DNA of 46,401 nt, counting the filler, from Jimgerdemannia flammicorona (Eukaryota): the NCBI GenBank assembly GCA_003990765.1. It is 2 parts of 2 records of this genome, joined end to end, with 100 filler letters (N's around TTAATTAATTAA, not from the genome) between each part and the next. Parts side by side here need not be neighbours in the genome. Positions count along the whole stretch, not along the records: positions 1 to 23,155 come from RBNJ01001148.1; 1 more part is not named here. One strand, 5' to 3'. Below, piece after piece: positions 1 through 12,889 of this stretch; the stretch's first letter is position 1; each line of letters starts with the position of its first letter. The notes below the pieces were generated by a model, which ran no database searches, was not told the DNA's origin, and saw only the letters and a list, made by a program, of their open reading frames with translations. The position numbers and the translations under genes are program-made.

Positions 1-1788
1 ACCGGTGGTGGCTTCCAGGCAGCAACCTCTTGGGGTACCTCTCTAGAGGGCCATAGGAGTGGAGCTGGGGGGGTAGCAGCTGGGGTGGGGACTGCTGATG
101 GGGGTGTGATGGGTGATCCAGAAAAAAATCTAGATGGGACTGCTGATGGTGAGCCGAGCGGTGGGAAGGGCACGAGGCCTGGGGACCTGGCAGATGGTGT
201 AACGGGACTGGCGGTGGCTCTGTTACTCAAGAAGTCGATCTTGGTGTTCGCAGTCACGCTGTGCTTCCGGGGCTTAGTGGTGATGGCAAAAATAGTGTTG
301 GGGCTTATTGCTAAGCAGGTGGTGGGAGTGGCTTTGGTGAAGTTTCTGAAGGAACTGGAGGGGGTAGAGGTGGGATTTGAGGAGGTTGAACTGCTGGAGG
401 AGGTGCTGAAGGTTGGGTTAGTGGTTGGGGAGGTGTGTGTTCCAATGGTGAGGTGTTTGAAATGGGATCCGAGGGTGGTCCAACTGCTGGTGAAAGGAGT
501 ACCCACAGTGATGGTGATGGAGATGAGGAAGAGAGTAGAGGATGTCATGGCAGAGTATGGAGAGGTGGTGGATATTGGATTCAGGGTCTGGGAAAGGACC
601 ATGCTCAGGACTGGGGATGTGGATGTAAGGATTCGGCTGGCTGGAAAAGAGGCTACCAGGAAGACGAGGGACTGGCCTTCAGTATTGGTCTGGGGAGCTT
701 TTCTGTACAAGGTGATGCAGGTGAAAGGAAGTGAAGAAGAGGAGAAAGATTTATTGGAAGTGCTGGAGGAGCTGGATGGGGCTGTGGAATGGTGAGCTAA
801 GGCCTGGAAGACTTTCAAGAAGTCAATGCTCCTGGAGGTGGTGGATGGAAAGAGGATTTGAGTAGACAAGGTGCAGTGGGAAAGGGCTCAGAGGCAGAAG
901 AGGTAGAAGGATCTGCTGGCTAAACTGGGGGGTGGACCACAGAAGGATGCGAGCATGAAGATGGGTGCAGAAGGGGCCAGAGCGAGTGTCTGGGCTGGTG
1001 AGAGGAGTGGGAACGATGGGGCAAAGTCAGGGAAGGCTAAGGAGGCGAAGATTAGCGACCTATATGCTGACGGCACCTTGGAGGTTTGGGATGAAGTCTG
1101 GGAGAATTCCCCCACCCCTTCCCCTCTTATCAGGTGTGGCCCAGCTTCCAGGAACAAGTCTGGGGAGGACGTGATGATGCTGGGGACCCAGCAGGTGAAA
1201 TTTAGCATTCCAGAGGTATTGGATGGGGACCGAGTAGTGGTGGCAGGGGAGGAGGAACTAGTGGATGTCTCAGAGGTGTGGGATGAGGATGCAAGTGCGG
1301 GAGCTGACACCACGATGCTGGATGGAGGGAGGCCGGCGACCCCTGGTGGAAAGGAGGTGGGGAACCTACTTTGGATGTGCTGGATGATGAATAACCTGGC
1401 GGCAGAAGAGCTGGGGGAGGTGGACTTGTGTGGAATGGGTGATGAGCACTGGATGAGAATTTTGCAGAGGGAAGGAGTGGCGATGGTGCTGAAGGCAGAA
1501 ATTCTCGCAGTGTATCTGGAGGAGGAAGGGTATGAGGTAGATAAGAAGAGGGAGGTGGAGTTGGCGGTGGTCACTGGGGAGAAGGCTGAGTACTGTTGGA
1601 ACAGGCATCATGGGTTACAGCTTTGGCAGGAGGCTTGCATTGAGTACTGAGAGGAGTTTGAGGAGAAGGCTGATGAGGAGATGAATGAGCTATTGGCTGG
1701 ACTGGAGGCTCAGAGGGCTGAAGAGGAGGAGGTGATGGCTGAACATAATCTGGACATGGCACAGGAGGAGAGGGGCATAGAGCAGTAG
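1..1788 (+). pseudogene. LINE ORF1 (nucleic-acid-binding protein), interrupted by nonsense codons
   Basis: ORF-track pieces 85..795 and 955..1650 share one frame that continues to TAG 1786-1788. The segment VKGVP..MAEYGEVVDI..RTGDVDVRIRL..WPSVL resembles the RRM-like core of L1/Tx1 ORF1s. Homologous to copy B. Confidence 0.7.
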
Positions 1789-1818
1789 GGATTGGTTGAG
1801 AACAAACCGTATTTTACT

Positions 1819-4800
1819 ATGAACAGTACAACCAACATTTTTTCTTTGAACATGAATAGGCTGAGGGGCGCGGTTTGATGCAGGAACATTTTTATTTGGT
1901 TGAAGGGATTGGAGGCCGATGTCTTCCTCTTGCAGGATGTCAGGTGCGAGGATGATGCTGATAGGATGGAATGGACTAAGGAATGGGGTGGTATGGCAAT
2001 TTGGAACAGCAAGGTCAGGATTCCGGTTTGGAAAGGCAGAGGGGAGAAAAAGGATGTGAGGAGCTGGAGTGAGAGACTGGTCTGGGGTGAGTGGATTCAT
2101 GCAGGTTGGGAGCTGGTCACAGTTGGCTCCTGTTACTGCCCTGCTGTGCAGGGGGAGCATGTGGATTGGGTGGAAGGGCTCCTGGAGAGTGGGATCCTTG
2201 CTGAAGCTGGGTTGGATATGCTTGGAGGAGATTTCAATATGGTTCGGGATATACAGCTGGATAGAACTGATGGAGGACAGGGTGCAGAGAGCAGGAGTGG
2301 GGGGTTAGCGACATGGAAGGAGATTGAAAGGCTAGGAGCACTGGTGGATGCTGGTAGGGAGTACTGGGGGGACAGGAGGGTGTATATGCATTGGGCTGGA
2401 GGTCTGGGGATAAGGATTGACTGGATTCTGACAGCTGACTGTTGGGGTCGCGATGTTTGGAAGGTGATAGAGGTAGAATGGTGTCTATGGTCAGATCACT
2501 GGGGCCTCTTGGGACAGGGGTGTTTTGGGGGAAGTAGAGATGGGCCTGGACATTAGCACCTAAATTCCTCCTTGTTGGATGATGAGGCCTGGTGGGAGGA
2601 GTGGGTGAAAGACATTCAGCTGAAGGTAGCAAATTGGCAGCAGGAAGGGACCGTAATTGGGGTTCGGTGGATGAGGATGAAAGAGATGGCCAGGATATAT
2701 TGGAGTGAGGCTGGTAGAGTGGCTGGGAAGCAGCAAAGGCAGAAAGTGTGTTGGGCTTCTACTAGATTGGCTAGGCTCCTAGAGGAGTGGGCGAGACTGG
2801 CAGCAGTGGAGAGAGAAGAGAATTAGAGAATAACGAGGGTGAGGATGGAGGTTGGGGAACTGCAACAGGTGCTGCGGGAAGAGGAAGAGTCAAGGGTGCA
2901 AGGCCTGGTGGCACGGCTTCGTTGGCAGGGGCTGGAGGAAGGGGAGAGGCCTTCCAAGTTTCTCACAAGGACACTTCGAGTGAGAAGGGTACAGCAGTGG
3001 TGGGAAGGGGTACTTGACTCGGATGATGTACTAGTGCATGGTGTACAGGACATCCTTGAAATGCTGAAGGCATGATGTAGTAGATTGTGGAGTGAGGAGG
3101 AGGGTGGGGCAGATGCTACAGCCATTGATCAAACATTAGAAGATTGGCACCCACCACAAGCTGAGGGACTAGGTGACCTGGTAATACCTGTGAAGGAGGA
3201 TGAGATCCACCAGGTTCTTGCCGCGAAAGCCTTGGGTATGGCGCCTGGGGAGGATGGCCTCCCCTGGGACTTCTGGAAGTGAATGGTTGGAGTCCCAGGC
3301 ATATTGGGGGAGTTGACAGCACTGTGTGACTCTATATTGCAGTCAGGGAGATGGGTGGGAGAGCAAGACCTTGGGCTGGTGACGATGCTTTATAAGAACA
3401 AGGGAAGGTGAGAGGATTGGAAGAACTGGCAGCTGATAATGTTGCTAGATATGGACAGGAAGTTGGTGACTAAGGTGGTGGTCACAAGGCTACAGAAGAT
3501 AGCCCAACAAATTGTGGGTGTTGAGCAGAGGGGCTTCATAGGGGGTCAGCTTATTAGAGATGGCATGGCCTGGGTATATGAAGTTATTGAAGGTGCTCGA
3601 GCCTGTGGACTAGATGGGCATCTTGTCTTCTTGGATCAGGAGTGGGCTTATGACCGAGTGTGGCGAGTCTGGCTGGCGAAAGTATTAGATAGAATTGGAG
3701 TTCTGGGCCCATTTCTGTCAGCAATGGTCAGCCTACTGGAAAGGAGTAGGGCTGTGCTCATGTACAATGGGCATCGAGGGGTGGCTTTCCCTCTGGATAG
3801 GGGAGTGCCCCAGGGAGACCCACTGTCCTCTATTTTGTATGCTCTTTCATTGGAACCTCTAATGGACAGGATTTGGCAGAAGATCATGGGGCTCTCCATC
3901 TATGGCATTGGCTGGAAGGTTGGAGCCTTTGCAGATGACATGGTGGTTGGTTTGGGAGTAATTGCAGATGTCGAGGAGCTCTGGAAGACAGTAGAGGGGT
4001 ATGAGGAGAACTCTGGGGTAAAGCTGAATTGGCACAAGTGCGAAACAATGGTACTGGGCAATAGCTTGGTGGGCAGAGAAGTTATTGGAACAATTGTTCC
4101 CACTGGAGAGACAGTGTGGTACTTGGGCATCTATTTGTCAGTCTATGGGTCTGTTTTGCCCAGGCTGTGGTGGGAGCAGAGGATTGGAATTTGGGAAGAA
4201 GACCTGCAGGGTTGGGGGGGTAGATACTTCTCTCTGGCAGGAAGGATCTCGATTTTGAATGTATACTGGCTGCCGAAGCTGTGGTATTTGGCCTATCATC
4301 TGGACTTCCCAGCCTGGGTAGTGAAGAGATTGGTGAAGATGGCCAAGGGATGGATTTGGGCTGGTAGACAGAGTCAGATTGGTTGGGAGACTTTGTCCCT
4401 ACTGGTGGCAAGAGGTGGTCTTGGGCTGGTGGACTTCTCCAAATGACTACACTGCTTGAGGGCTTGGTGGCTGAGGAGGGCAGTGGAGTTGCCTGGAGGG
4501 GGCTGGGTCCCCCTGCTGCAGAAGATATGGGAGAGGCAGACATCACCTAGAGGCTTGACTGGTGATCTTCTTTCATTAGTTGGGCTTCAGAACACTGCGC
4601 AACTGAGATATAAAGGCTTCTGGTGGGGGATAGCCAAGGGGGTACACTGTATTGGTATTCGCTGACAAGGGGATGAGGGGGAGAGGGCTTGGGGCCCAGC
4701 GATGTGGAGATGGGATAGCATTCTTCTGGGAGGCATGCCTTTACTGGAGTTCAACATTAGTGATGGCATCGAATGCCAAAGGGGTCCAGGCCAGGATCTG

Positions 4801-5474
4801 TGGCCTAGTTGTTGGCAAGGAGTTGGAATTGGTGAGGAGTGGAACTGGCATGGGGTTTGGATCTGGAGTGCCGCAGTGAAAAATTGGATGCCGCCGAAGT
4901 ACTGGGTAGTCTGGTGGCATGTGCTGAGGAGGAATGTGATGCTTAACTTCTGCTCAGGACACCTTATTGTAGGGGGCTGCTTTGACTGCGAGGAGTGCCA
5001 TAATGTGGGGCAGGAAGGGGGATTGGTACAGATGCCAGAACATTGGGTAGGGGAGTGTGAGGTGTTGGGAGACTTTGGCAGGCCATTGGGGACCACTTGG
5101 GGGTAAGGCATAGGGGTGATGATGTACGGTTGAGGTGGGAGAACCTGAGGGATCGATTGATAGGAGGGGTAGGGGAAGAGTGGATTACTCTAGGCTGGGT
5201 GTTGGCTATTTGGGTTGGGCTGGCTGGCCACTGGCTATTTGTATTTGAGGAGGAGAAGTGACAGAGCTTGGGGAGCCGGTTAGCAAGGTGGCAGTTCCTT
5301 ATGGAGGATATCTTGACAGGCTGGTGGCTTGGTTGGGGGCTGCAGGGGGGTTGGAGGCACCACTTAGTGGTGAAAATCTGTGGTCAGAGTGGTGAGAGAG
5401 TTGGAGTTATTGGTGAGAGGGTGGTCTTTATATGTGAAGAGGTGGGGTGGGGCCCTCCGATGGGGATTGGATAG
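1819..5474 (+). pseudogene. LINE ORF2: APE endonuclease - reverse transcriptase - C-terminal zinc finger
   Basis: ATG 1819 (IFSLNMNRLRG), VFLLQD, LGGDFN, RIDWIL, SDH (APE); APGEDGLP, RGVPQGDPLS, AFADD, YLG, SLAGRISILN..KLWY (RT, L1-type); CFDC..PEHWVGEC. Same frame 1819-5106 with point stops, then a frameshift. Confidence 0.92.
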
Positions 5475-5549
5475 TGGGTGGTGATATTGTATACTTATTC
5501 ATAGGCTGGTAATAAAGACAGAGTCCAAGGGACTATAAAAAAAAAAAAA

Positions 5550-8500
5550 GACAAGACCTCCCAGATGATCTGACTCCTTCTTCTAGCCCAGATTCACTCC
5601 TTGGCCAGCTTCATCAATCTCTTCACCACCCAGGCTGGAAAGTCCAGATGATAAGTCAGATACCATAACTTTGGCAGCCAGTAGATATTCAAAATCAAGA
5701 CATGCCCCATCAGAGACAATTGGTGACCCCCCCCAACTCTGCAGAGCCTCCCCCCAGATTCCAACCCACTGCTCCCACCAGAGCCTGGGTAGAACTGACC
5801 CATAAGCTAACAGATAAATACTCAAGTACTGCACTGCCTCACCAGCAGGGATGGTTGTTCCAATAACCTCCTCTCCCATCAGACTATTGTCTAACACTAA
5901 TGTTTCACACTTATACCAATTAAGTTTAGCCCTAGAGTTCTTCTTGTACTACTCCACTATCTCCTTAAGCTTCTCAACATCAGTAATTAATTCCAGGCCA
6001 ACCACCATGTTATCTGCAAAGGCCCCTACTTTCCACCTAATATCAAAGATGGAGAGCCCAACTATCTTCTGCTGAATTTGATCCATTAAGGGTTCCAGAG
6101 AAAGAGCATATAGAATTGGGGACAGTGGGTCCCCCTGGGGTATCCCTCTACTAAGGGGAAATGCTACCTCTCTATGTCCATTATATATGAGCACAGCCCT
6201 ACTCCCTTTCAGTAGGCTGATCATTGCTGACCTGAACTAGTGTGGAACCTCAGTCCTATCCAATACTTTTGTCAGCCAGACTCACCTCACCTAGTCATAA
6301 GCCTTCTCCTGATCCAAAAAGATCAGTCAATCATCCAATCTACTAGCTTGTGCCCCTTCAATAACTCTATATACCCAGGCTGTGTCATCCCTAATGAGCT
6401 GGCCTCCTACAAAGCCCCTCAGCTCAATGCCCATGACTTGCTGGGCCACCTTTTGTAGCCTTGCGACCACTACCTTAGTGACCAACTTTCTGTCCATATT
6501 CAGTAGCATAATCAGCCTCCAGTTCTTCCATTCCTCTCACCTTCCTTTGTTCTTGAAAAGCAATGTCACCAATCCCAGATCCTATTCCCCCACCTATCTC
6601 CCTGTCTGTAAAATAAAATTACACAATGCTATCATCTCATCTAGTACTCCTGGGACTCCCACTATCTTCTTCCAGAAGTCCCAGGGCAAACCATCCTCCC
6701 CAGGCACTGTACTCAGCATTGTTATGGCAAGAACTTGGTGGATCTCCTCTTCTTATACTGGCAATACCAAGTCTCCCAATCCATCTATTCACAGGAAGTA
6801 CCAATCCCCTAATGCTCAGTCAATGGTATCAGCATCTACCCCATCCTCCTCCTCACTCCACAATCCACTCCAACACTCCTTTAAAGATCCAAGAATGTCT
6901 TATATATTATGCACCAGTATACCATCAGAGTCAAGCACCCCCTCCTATCTTTGCTGCACCCTTCTCACCTGAAGGGCTCTTGTGAGATACTTTGAGGATC
7001 TCTCTCCTTCTTCCAAATCCTGCCAATAGAGCTGTGCTGCCAAACTCTGCACCTTTGCCTCTTCCTCCTCCCGCAATACCTGTTGTAGTTCACCAACCTC
7101 CATTTTTACTCTTCTTGATCTCCAATTCTCCTCTCCCTCCAATGTTGCCAGTCTTGCCCAATCCTCCAAGAGTCTAGATAGTCTACTAGAAGCCCATCTC
7201 ACCCATTGCCTCCTCTGTTTCCCAGCCTCCTTGCCAGTCTCCCTCCAGTAAGTCCTGGCCATCACATCCACTGAACATCAACTGGGGCACCTTCCTGTCT
7301 CCAGCACTCCACCCTCAGTTGAATGTCTGCAGCCCACTCATCCCACCAGAACTTATCATCCAATAAGGAGGAATTGAGGTGCCAATGTCCAGGCCCATTC
7401 CCACTCCCCCCAAAATGCCCCTGTTCTAAAAGCCCCCAATGATCTGACCAAGGACACTATTCCACCTCCAGTGACTTCCAAACATTCAAACCCCAGCAGC
7501 CAGCTGTCAGAATCCAATCAATTCTCATCCCCAAGCCCCCTGCCCAATGCATGTATATCCTCCTATCTCTCCAGTACTCCCTACTCACATCCACCAGAGT
7601 ACTCAGCCTTTCCACTTCCTCCTATGCTGCTAGTCCTTCCCTCTGACCCTCAGCTCCTCGTCCTCCATCAGTTCTATCCAACAGTACATCTTGGACCATA
7701 TTGAAGTCTCCACCAAGCATATCCACCCCAGCCTCTGTGAGGATCCCACTCTCCTGAAGGCCCTTCATCTAATCCACATGCTCATCCCATATAGTGGGGC
7801 AGTAATAGGAGCCCACTGTGACCAGCTCCCATCCTGCACATATCTACTCACCCCAGACCAATCTATCCCTCTAGCTCTGTATATCCCTTATCTCCCCTCT
7901 GCCTTTCCATGCCAGAATCCCAACCTTGCCCTTTCAAACTGCCTCACCTCCCCATTCCTTCATCCATTCTAGTCTATTCAAATTATCTTTACACCTGACG
8001 TCCTGCAAGAGGAAGAGATCGGCCACCAATCCCTTCAGCTAAGTAAAAATGTTCCATCATTGATAAGTACCCCATAATCCATTCATGTTCAAAGAAAAAA
8101 TGTTAGTTGTACTATTCATAATGAAATATAGTATGTTATCAAGTCCTTCCCTACTGCTCTATGTTCATCTCCTCCTGTGCCAAATCCAGATTATATTCCA
8201 CAGTCACCTCTACTTCCTCAGCTCTCTGAGCCTCCAATCCAGCCAACAGCTCATTCATCTCCCCATCTGCCTTCTTCTTGAACTCCTCTTGGTACTTCAG
8301 ACAGACCTCCTACCAGAGCTGCAATCTATATCACTTGGCCCAACAGTATTAGCCCTCTCACCAGTAACCCCAGTTAGCTCCACCTCCTGCTCCTTATCCA
8401 CCTCATACCCTTCCTCCTCCAGATATACTACAAGGATCTCTGCCTTCAATGCCATCTCCATACCATCCCTCTGCAGGATCCACACCTGATGCTCATCACT

Positions 8501-10200
8501 CATTACTCTCAAGACTACCTCCCCCAACTCTTCAGCTATCAGGTTATTCATCATCCTGCACATCCAAAGTAGATTTCTCACCTCCTTCCCTCCAGGAGTT
8601 GCCAGTCTCCTGCCATCCAACATTGTAGTATCAGCCCCAGCACTTGCAGTCTCATCTCACACCTCTGGGATATCCACCAGTTCCTCCTCTCCAACTGCCA
8701 CTACTTGGCCCCCATTTGCTATCTCAGGAACTCCAAATTGTATATGCTGGGCCCCCTTCATCAGCATATCTTCTCCCACCTTGCTTCAGGAAGCCAGACC
8801 TTACCTAATAAGAGGAGTAGAGGTAGGTGATCCCTCCCAGTCTTCTTCCCAGACCTCAAACATACCATCAGCATATAGGTCACTGCCAGCTGCTTTCCTG
8901 TCCTCTCCTGTCCCCTTCCCTGCACTCTCACCATCCTCGTCAGCCCAGACACTCACCTTGGCACCCCCCATTCCCACCATTCCACCTGCCACTTCTGTGG
9001 TCAATCTTCTATCTTAGCCAGCAGCTCCTTCTGATGCTTATATCTCTGAGCTTTTTCCCATTGTCCCTTGTTCACTTGAATCTGCTTCCCATCCACTACC
9101 TCCAGGTGTGTTGACTCCACAAAAGCCCTCCACACCTTCGCTCACCACTCTACTGCTCCACTCAGCTCTTCCAGTGCCTCCAGCAAGTCCTCTTCCTCCT
9201 CCTCACTCTCTTTCACCCTCATCACCTTGTACAATATTGCCCCTCAGACCATCCCTGAAGGCCAGTCTCTTGCCTTACTGGTAGCTTCTTTCTCTGCCAG
9301 CCAAATCCTCATGTCCACATCTCCAGTCCTGAGCAAGGTCTCTTCCCAGACTCTGAATCTGATATCCACTACCTCTCTATACTCTGCCATGACCTCCTCG
9401 ACTCTCCTTCTCATCTCTACCACCATCACCATGGGCACTTCTTTTACCAGCAGTTGGACCACCCTGGGGTCCCATTTCAGGCAGCATACCATTGGAACAC
9501 ACATCTCTCTAACTATCAATCCAACCTTCAGTGCTTCCTCCAAAGGCTCAGCCTCTTCAAAGTCTACCTCCACTCCCTCCAATCCCTTCAGGAACTTTAT
9601 GGATACTGTTTCAGCCACCTGCTTAGCAATAAGCCCCAGTACCATTTTTGCTATCACTGCTAGGACCCAGAAGCACAATATCACTGTAAATGCTGAGATT
9701 GATTTTTTGAGTAACAGGGCCACTGCCAGGCCCATCACACTATCTACCAAATCTCCTTGCCTTCCAAATCTCAGTCACTCAGCCATGCCCTCAGCAGTTA
9801 CATCTGGATTTTTTTCCAGATTGGCAGTCTCTTCTCTATCAGCCATCATGCTCCCCCCAGCCACTACTCTCCTAGCTCCACTGCTCTCACTACCAAGAGC
9901 TACTCCCCTGTGAACTGCAGTCTTCTCCATCTTCTTGTCTTTCCTCAGTCAACCCTCTAACCCAGATGACTGCTGCATCCCCTTCACCATCTCTACAAAG
10001 CTCACCCTCCCAGACCTCTGTCCTCCACTGCTGCCTCCTCCCCCACCTTGTCCTCCTGCCAACAGCCCCCTCATACCCCCTCCGAGGCTAGGATCTCTTC
10101 CCATCTGCTGCCAGTTGAATATACTAGGGCTGCCCTGCCCAGTATATACCCCAGATTGCTTGTTATTTGTCATTGCCTTAGTACCTTTCTCTAATAAATG
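5550..10200 (-). mobile_element. L1/Tx1-like LINE, copy B (same family as copy A, more decayed); truncated at 5550 by copy A
   Basis: Reverse-complement homolog of copy A: RGIPQGDPLSPILY and AFADN (5949-6224), ORF1 pieces 8297-8623 and 9244-9750, probable ORF1 start ATG at 10173. Ends at a point homologous to ~4397 of copy A. Confidence 0.92.
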
Positions 10201-10375
10201 ACTTGAAAGTGTGTTGTAAAATTGTGTGTAATATGAATGGTGTTAAAAATTGTCTCAATATTGGAGCAATATTAGAGTAAATGTGAGTATTGACTTTATA
10301 TAAATAATGACTACTCATTGTCAGTCCTATAATATAAATAATATAAGTATATCAAAAATAGGATATTATATAAAT

Positions 10376-12451
10376 TGTAAGAGGGTTACTTAATAGGATA
10401 ACTGTTACATAGTTCTGAAAGGGTTTTCTGAAAGTTCTAGATATTCTGGAAGACTATTTTCTTAAGGTCAAGATCAATTTCATATAGAGTATGTTCTCTA
10501 TATTTATTGATTTCAAGATCAGATTGATGTCTCAACCAAAGTCCTTTTTTGGACTAGTTCTAGATGTTCAGGATTTTCTATATTTCAGGAAGTTCAAGAA
10601 ACTAAGACCAGCTTAGTTGAATTGATATATTGCTATAGATAATACTCAATTAGAAAATTTTGTGATAGAGTTAGAAGTGAGATCTAATGGAGAGCAAATT
10701 TACTTAAGAGTAGTTTGTAGATTATTAAATAGGTTTATTTACTATTCATGATATTGCTATACTAGGAGTAGTTGTATGAAGGGATATTGTAGAGAAGTGT
10801 TCAGGATTGTTCTTATATATTTGAGTCTAAGATTCTGAGATCTGGAAGAGGGGGTATTTATACTAATAGAAGGCTATCTAGACTATGCTAAATATGGATG
10901 TAGTACTTAGTGTCTTGCTGAGTCAGAATATAGTTATATAGTATAAGTATGAACTGATATGTCAAGAGATCATCTGACTGCTGAGTCAGTTTATAGTCAC
11001 ATCATATGAGGCTAATCTAACTATACTAATGACTACTAAGCTATCTATAGATTCAGATACTATCTAGATAGTCTTTGATGACATTACCAATAATGACATC
11101 ATCTCTGATAAAGTAGTTATTTAGAAAGAGTGGTTCATTGATTAATTCTCCCTGTTTACTGAGATAATAATATATTGAGACTTCATCACTATTTTATAGG
11201 ATAGTATCATCTGTCTTATATGCTGAATAAGATATTGATAGGTGAAGGAGGGGTACATCATCTTTACTTTCATTGGATTTGCTGTCTGCATATCTTTTAT
11301 AAATAATGATACTATGAGTTGCAGAATTATAGTATGGTGGCAGCTGTGGCTCACTTCATTCATACTCAGGAGTTGGGGTTGTTGGTTCAATATTAAGGAT
11401 TGTTTGTAGATATAGGTTGTGTTCTTCAGTCTCTTTATTATAATTGAAGTAGTTGAGGGTAAAGGCAGATTAGTACTTATATCAGTGGTCATTATTCCAA
11501 TAGGTCTTATAGGTAGTTATGAACTATTGTAAGTTCATCAGCAAGGTTGGCGGAGTGACCAGAGTTGGCAGGAATCCTTGGCTCAAGATCATATCAGTAT
11601 CAGAGGAATTATTATCTTCTGCTTCATCATCATCAAATCAGATTATATTATAGATATCCTTTATAGCATATCTAACTTAAGGCATTTGCAAGATATGATC
11701 ATCAGGATGTAGAAAGGTTCTGTCAGTGGTCTGAATATACTCAATATACTTGTGGTTGAGTTCTTGTACCATATTATTGATTTGGCCATAGGACAGAGTG
11801 GTAACCATTTCAGTAGTAGTAACTCAGAGATGGGAAGTAAAGGTACTATACTCATAGAAGAGTTCTTAGTATTTATATATAATGAGTTTCTGATATTGAG
11901 ATACATATCTAGATAATATCAGTATCATGGTAGTGTTTGATCATATCTTTTAGAAGGCAGTCAATCTGATAGTAGCTTGAGATTTATCTGATTTGGTAGG
12001 CTTCACTAAGTATGTTCAGGGCATTCTATCAGACTTCTATGAAGTAGAGAAATACTAGGCTATGGATATTCATGAGGGGTAGAGGGGGTGTAACTTGGTT
12101 GATAATGGTATTTCAAATGTCAGTGCAGATGCAGTTGTAGATCTCAGTGATCATATTTGTATATATGTTTAAGAGTTGGAGTTATTTGTTTGATTTATTG
12201 TAGTTCTCTATTTTGAAATATCTCAGTACTCAGTATATATATATTCAGTTCTGATTGGTAAGACTCCATTTGTATAAATCTTATATTTTATAACTTCAAG
12301 TTGACTTAGCTTTGTATATTGTGACTTTGGTTTAACTCAGCTTTGTGATCATACATGTGATTTCTGGATTTGTTCAGAGGTTATATGTGATTTCAGTGGC
12401 TTTTTCAGAGGATGACATATGATTTCAGTGACTTGGGGTTGTGTACTTACA
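10376..12451 (-). repeat. 3' LTR of the chromovirus (2076 bp)
   Basis: TGTAAG...CTTACA inverted termini; adjacent to the PPT; homologous to 18883-20752 and 38614-40675. Confidence 0.95.
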
Positions 12452-12462
12452 ACTCTCCCCTT
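12452..12462 (-). other. Polypurine tract (PPT)
   Basis: Minus-strand AAGGGGAGAGT immediately before the 3' LTR. Confidence 0.85.
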
Positions 12463-12889
12463 CTTAGCTTTTGATATCCTCATTGAGGTCTTTTAATTTT
12501 AGACTAGTATTATTATACCATTTGGATAGTCAAAAGTCTGATAATATCTATTTTTCTCAGAAAGTAGCATGCTCATAGTACAGTTGTCTAATATATTAGA
12601 TTCAAACATAAAAGAGTCATATGTTCAATATTATGTATCAGAAGTGATTCTGATATCATTTACTGCCTCTAAGAAATCTTCTTAAATATCTATACATCAT
12701 TTCCCACTGGTGATATAGAGAGAATAGACTGGCTTTTATTTTTGCTGTTTTTCTAGAGAGTCAGTATTCTTTTGTCTTGACTTGCTGAGTTCTTGATTTG
12801 GTCATGATAATTATAAGGTACTTAATGTTTGAAAGGGGTAATATATAGTATTATAGATACTGAGGTGCTCAGGTTTTAGTTATTTAAAG

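Larger units (their letters stand above)
1..5549 (+). mobile_element. L1/Tx1-like non-LTR retrotransposon (LINE), copy A; 5' end lies outside the window
   Basis: ORF1-like frame to 1788, ORF2 with APE endonuclease, RT and C-terminal Cys/His motif, AATAAA at 5511-5516, poly(A) at 5537-5549. G-rich sense strand. Confidence 0.93.

Noticed and set aside
888..9913. Long Ser/Pro/Thr-rich antisense ORFs (e.g. 888..1574 -, 6382..6972 +, 9227..9913 +)
   Set aside because: Shadow frames opposite the G-rich LINE coding strands, with no independent motifs.
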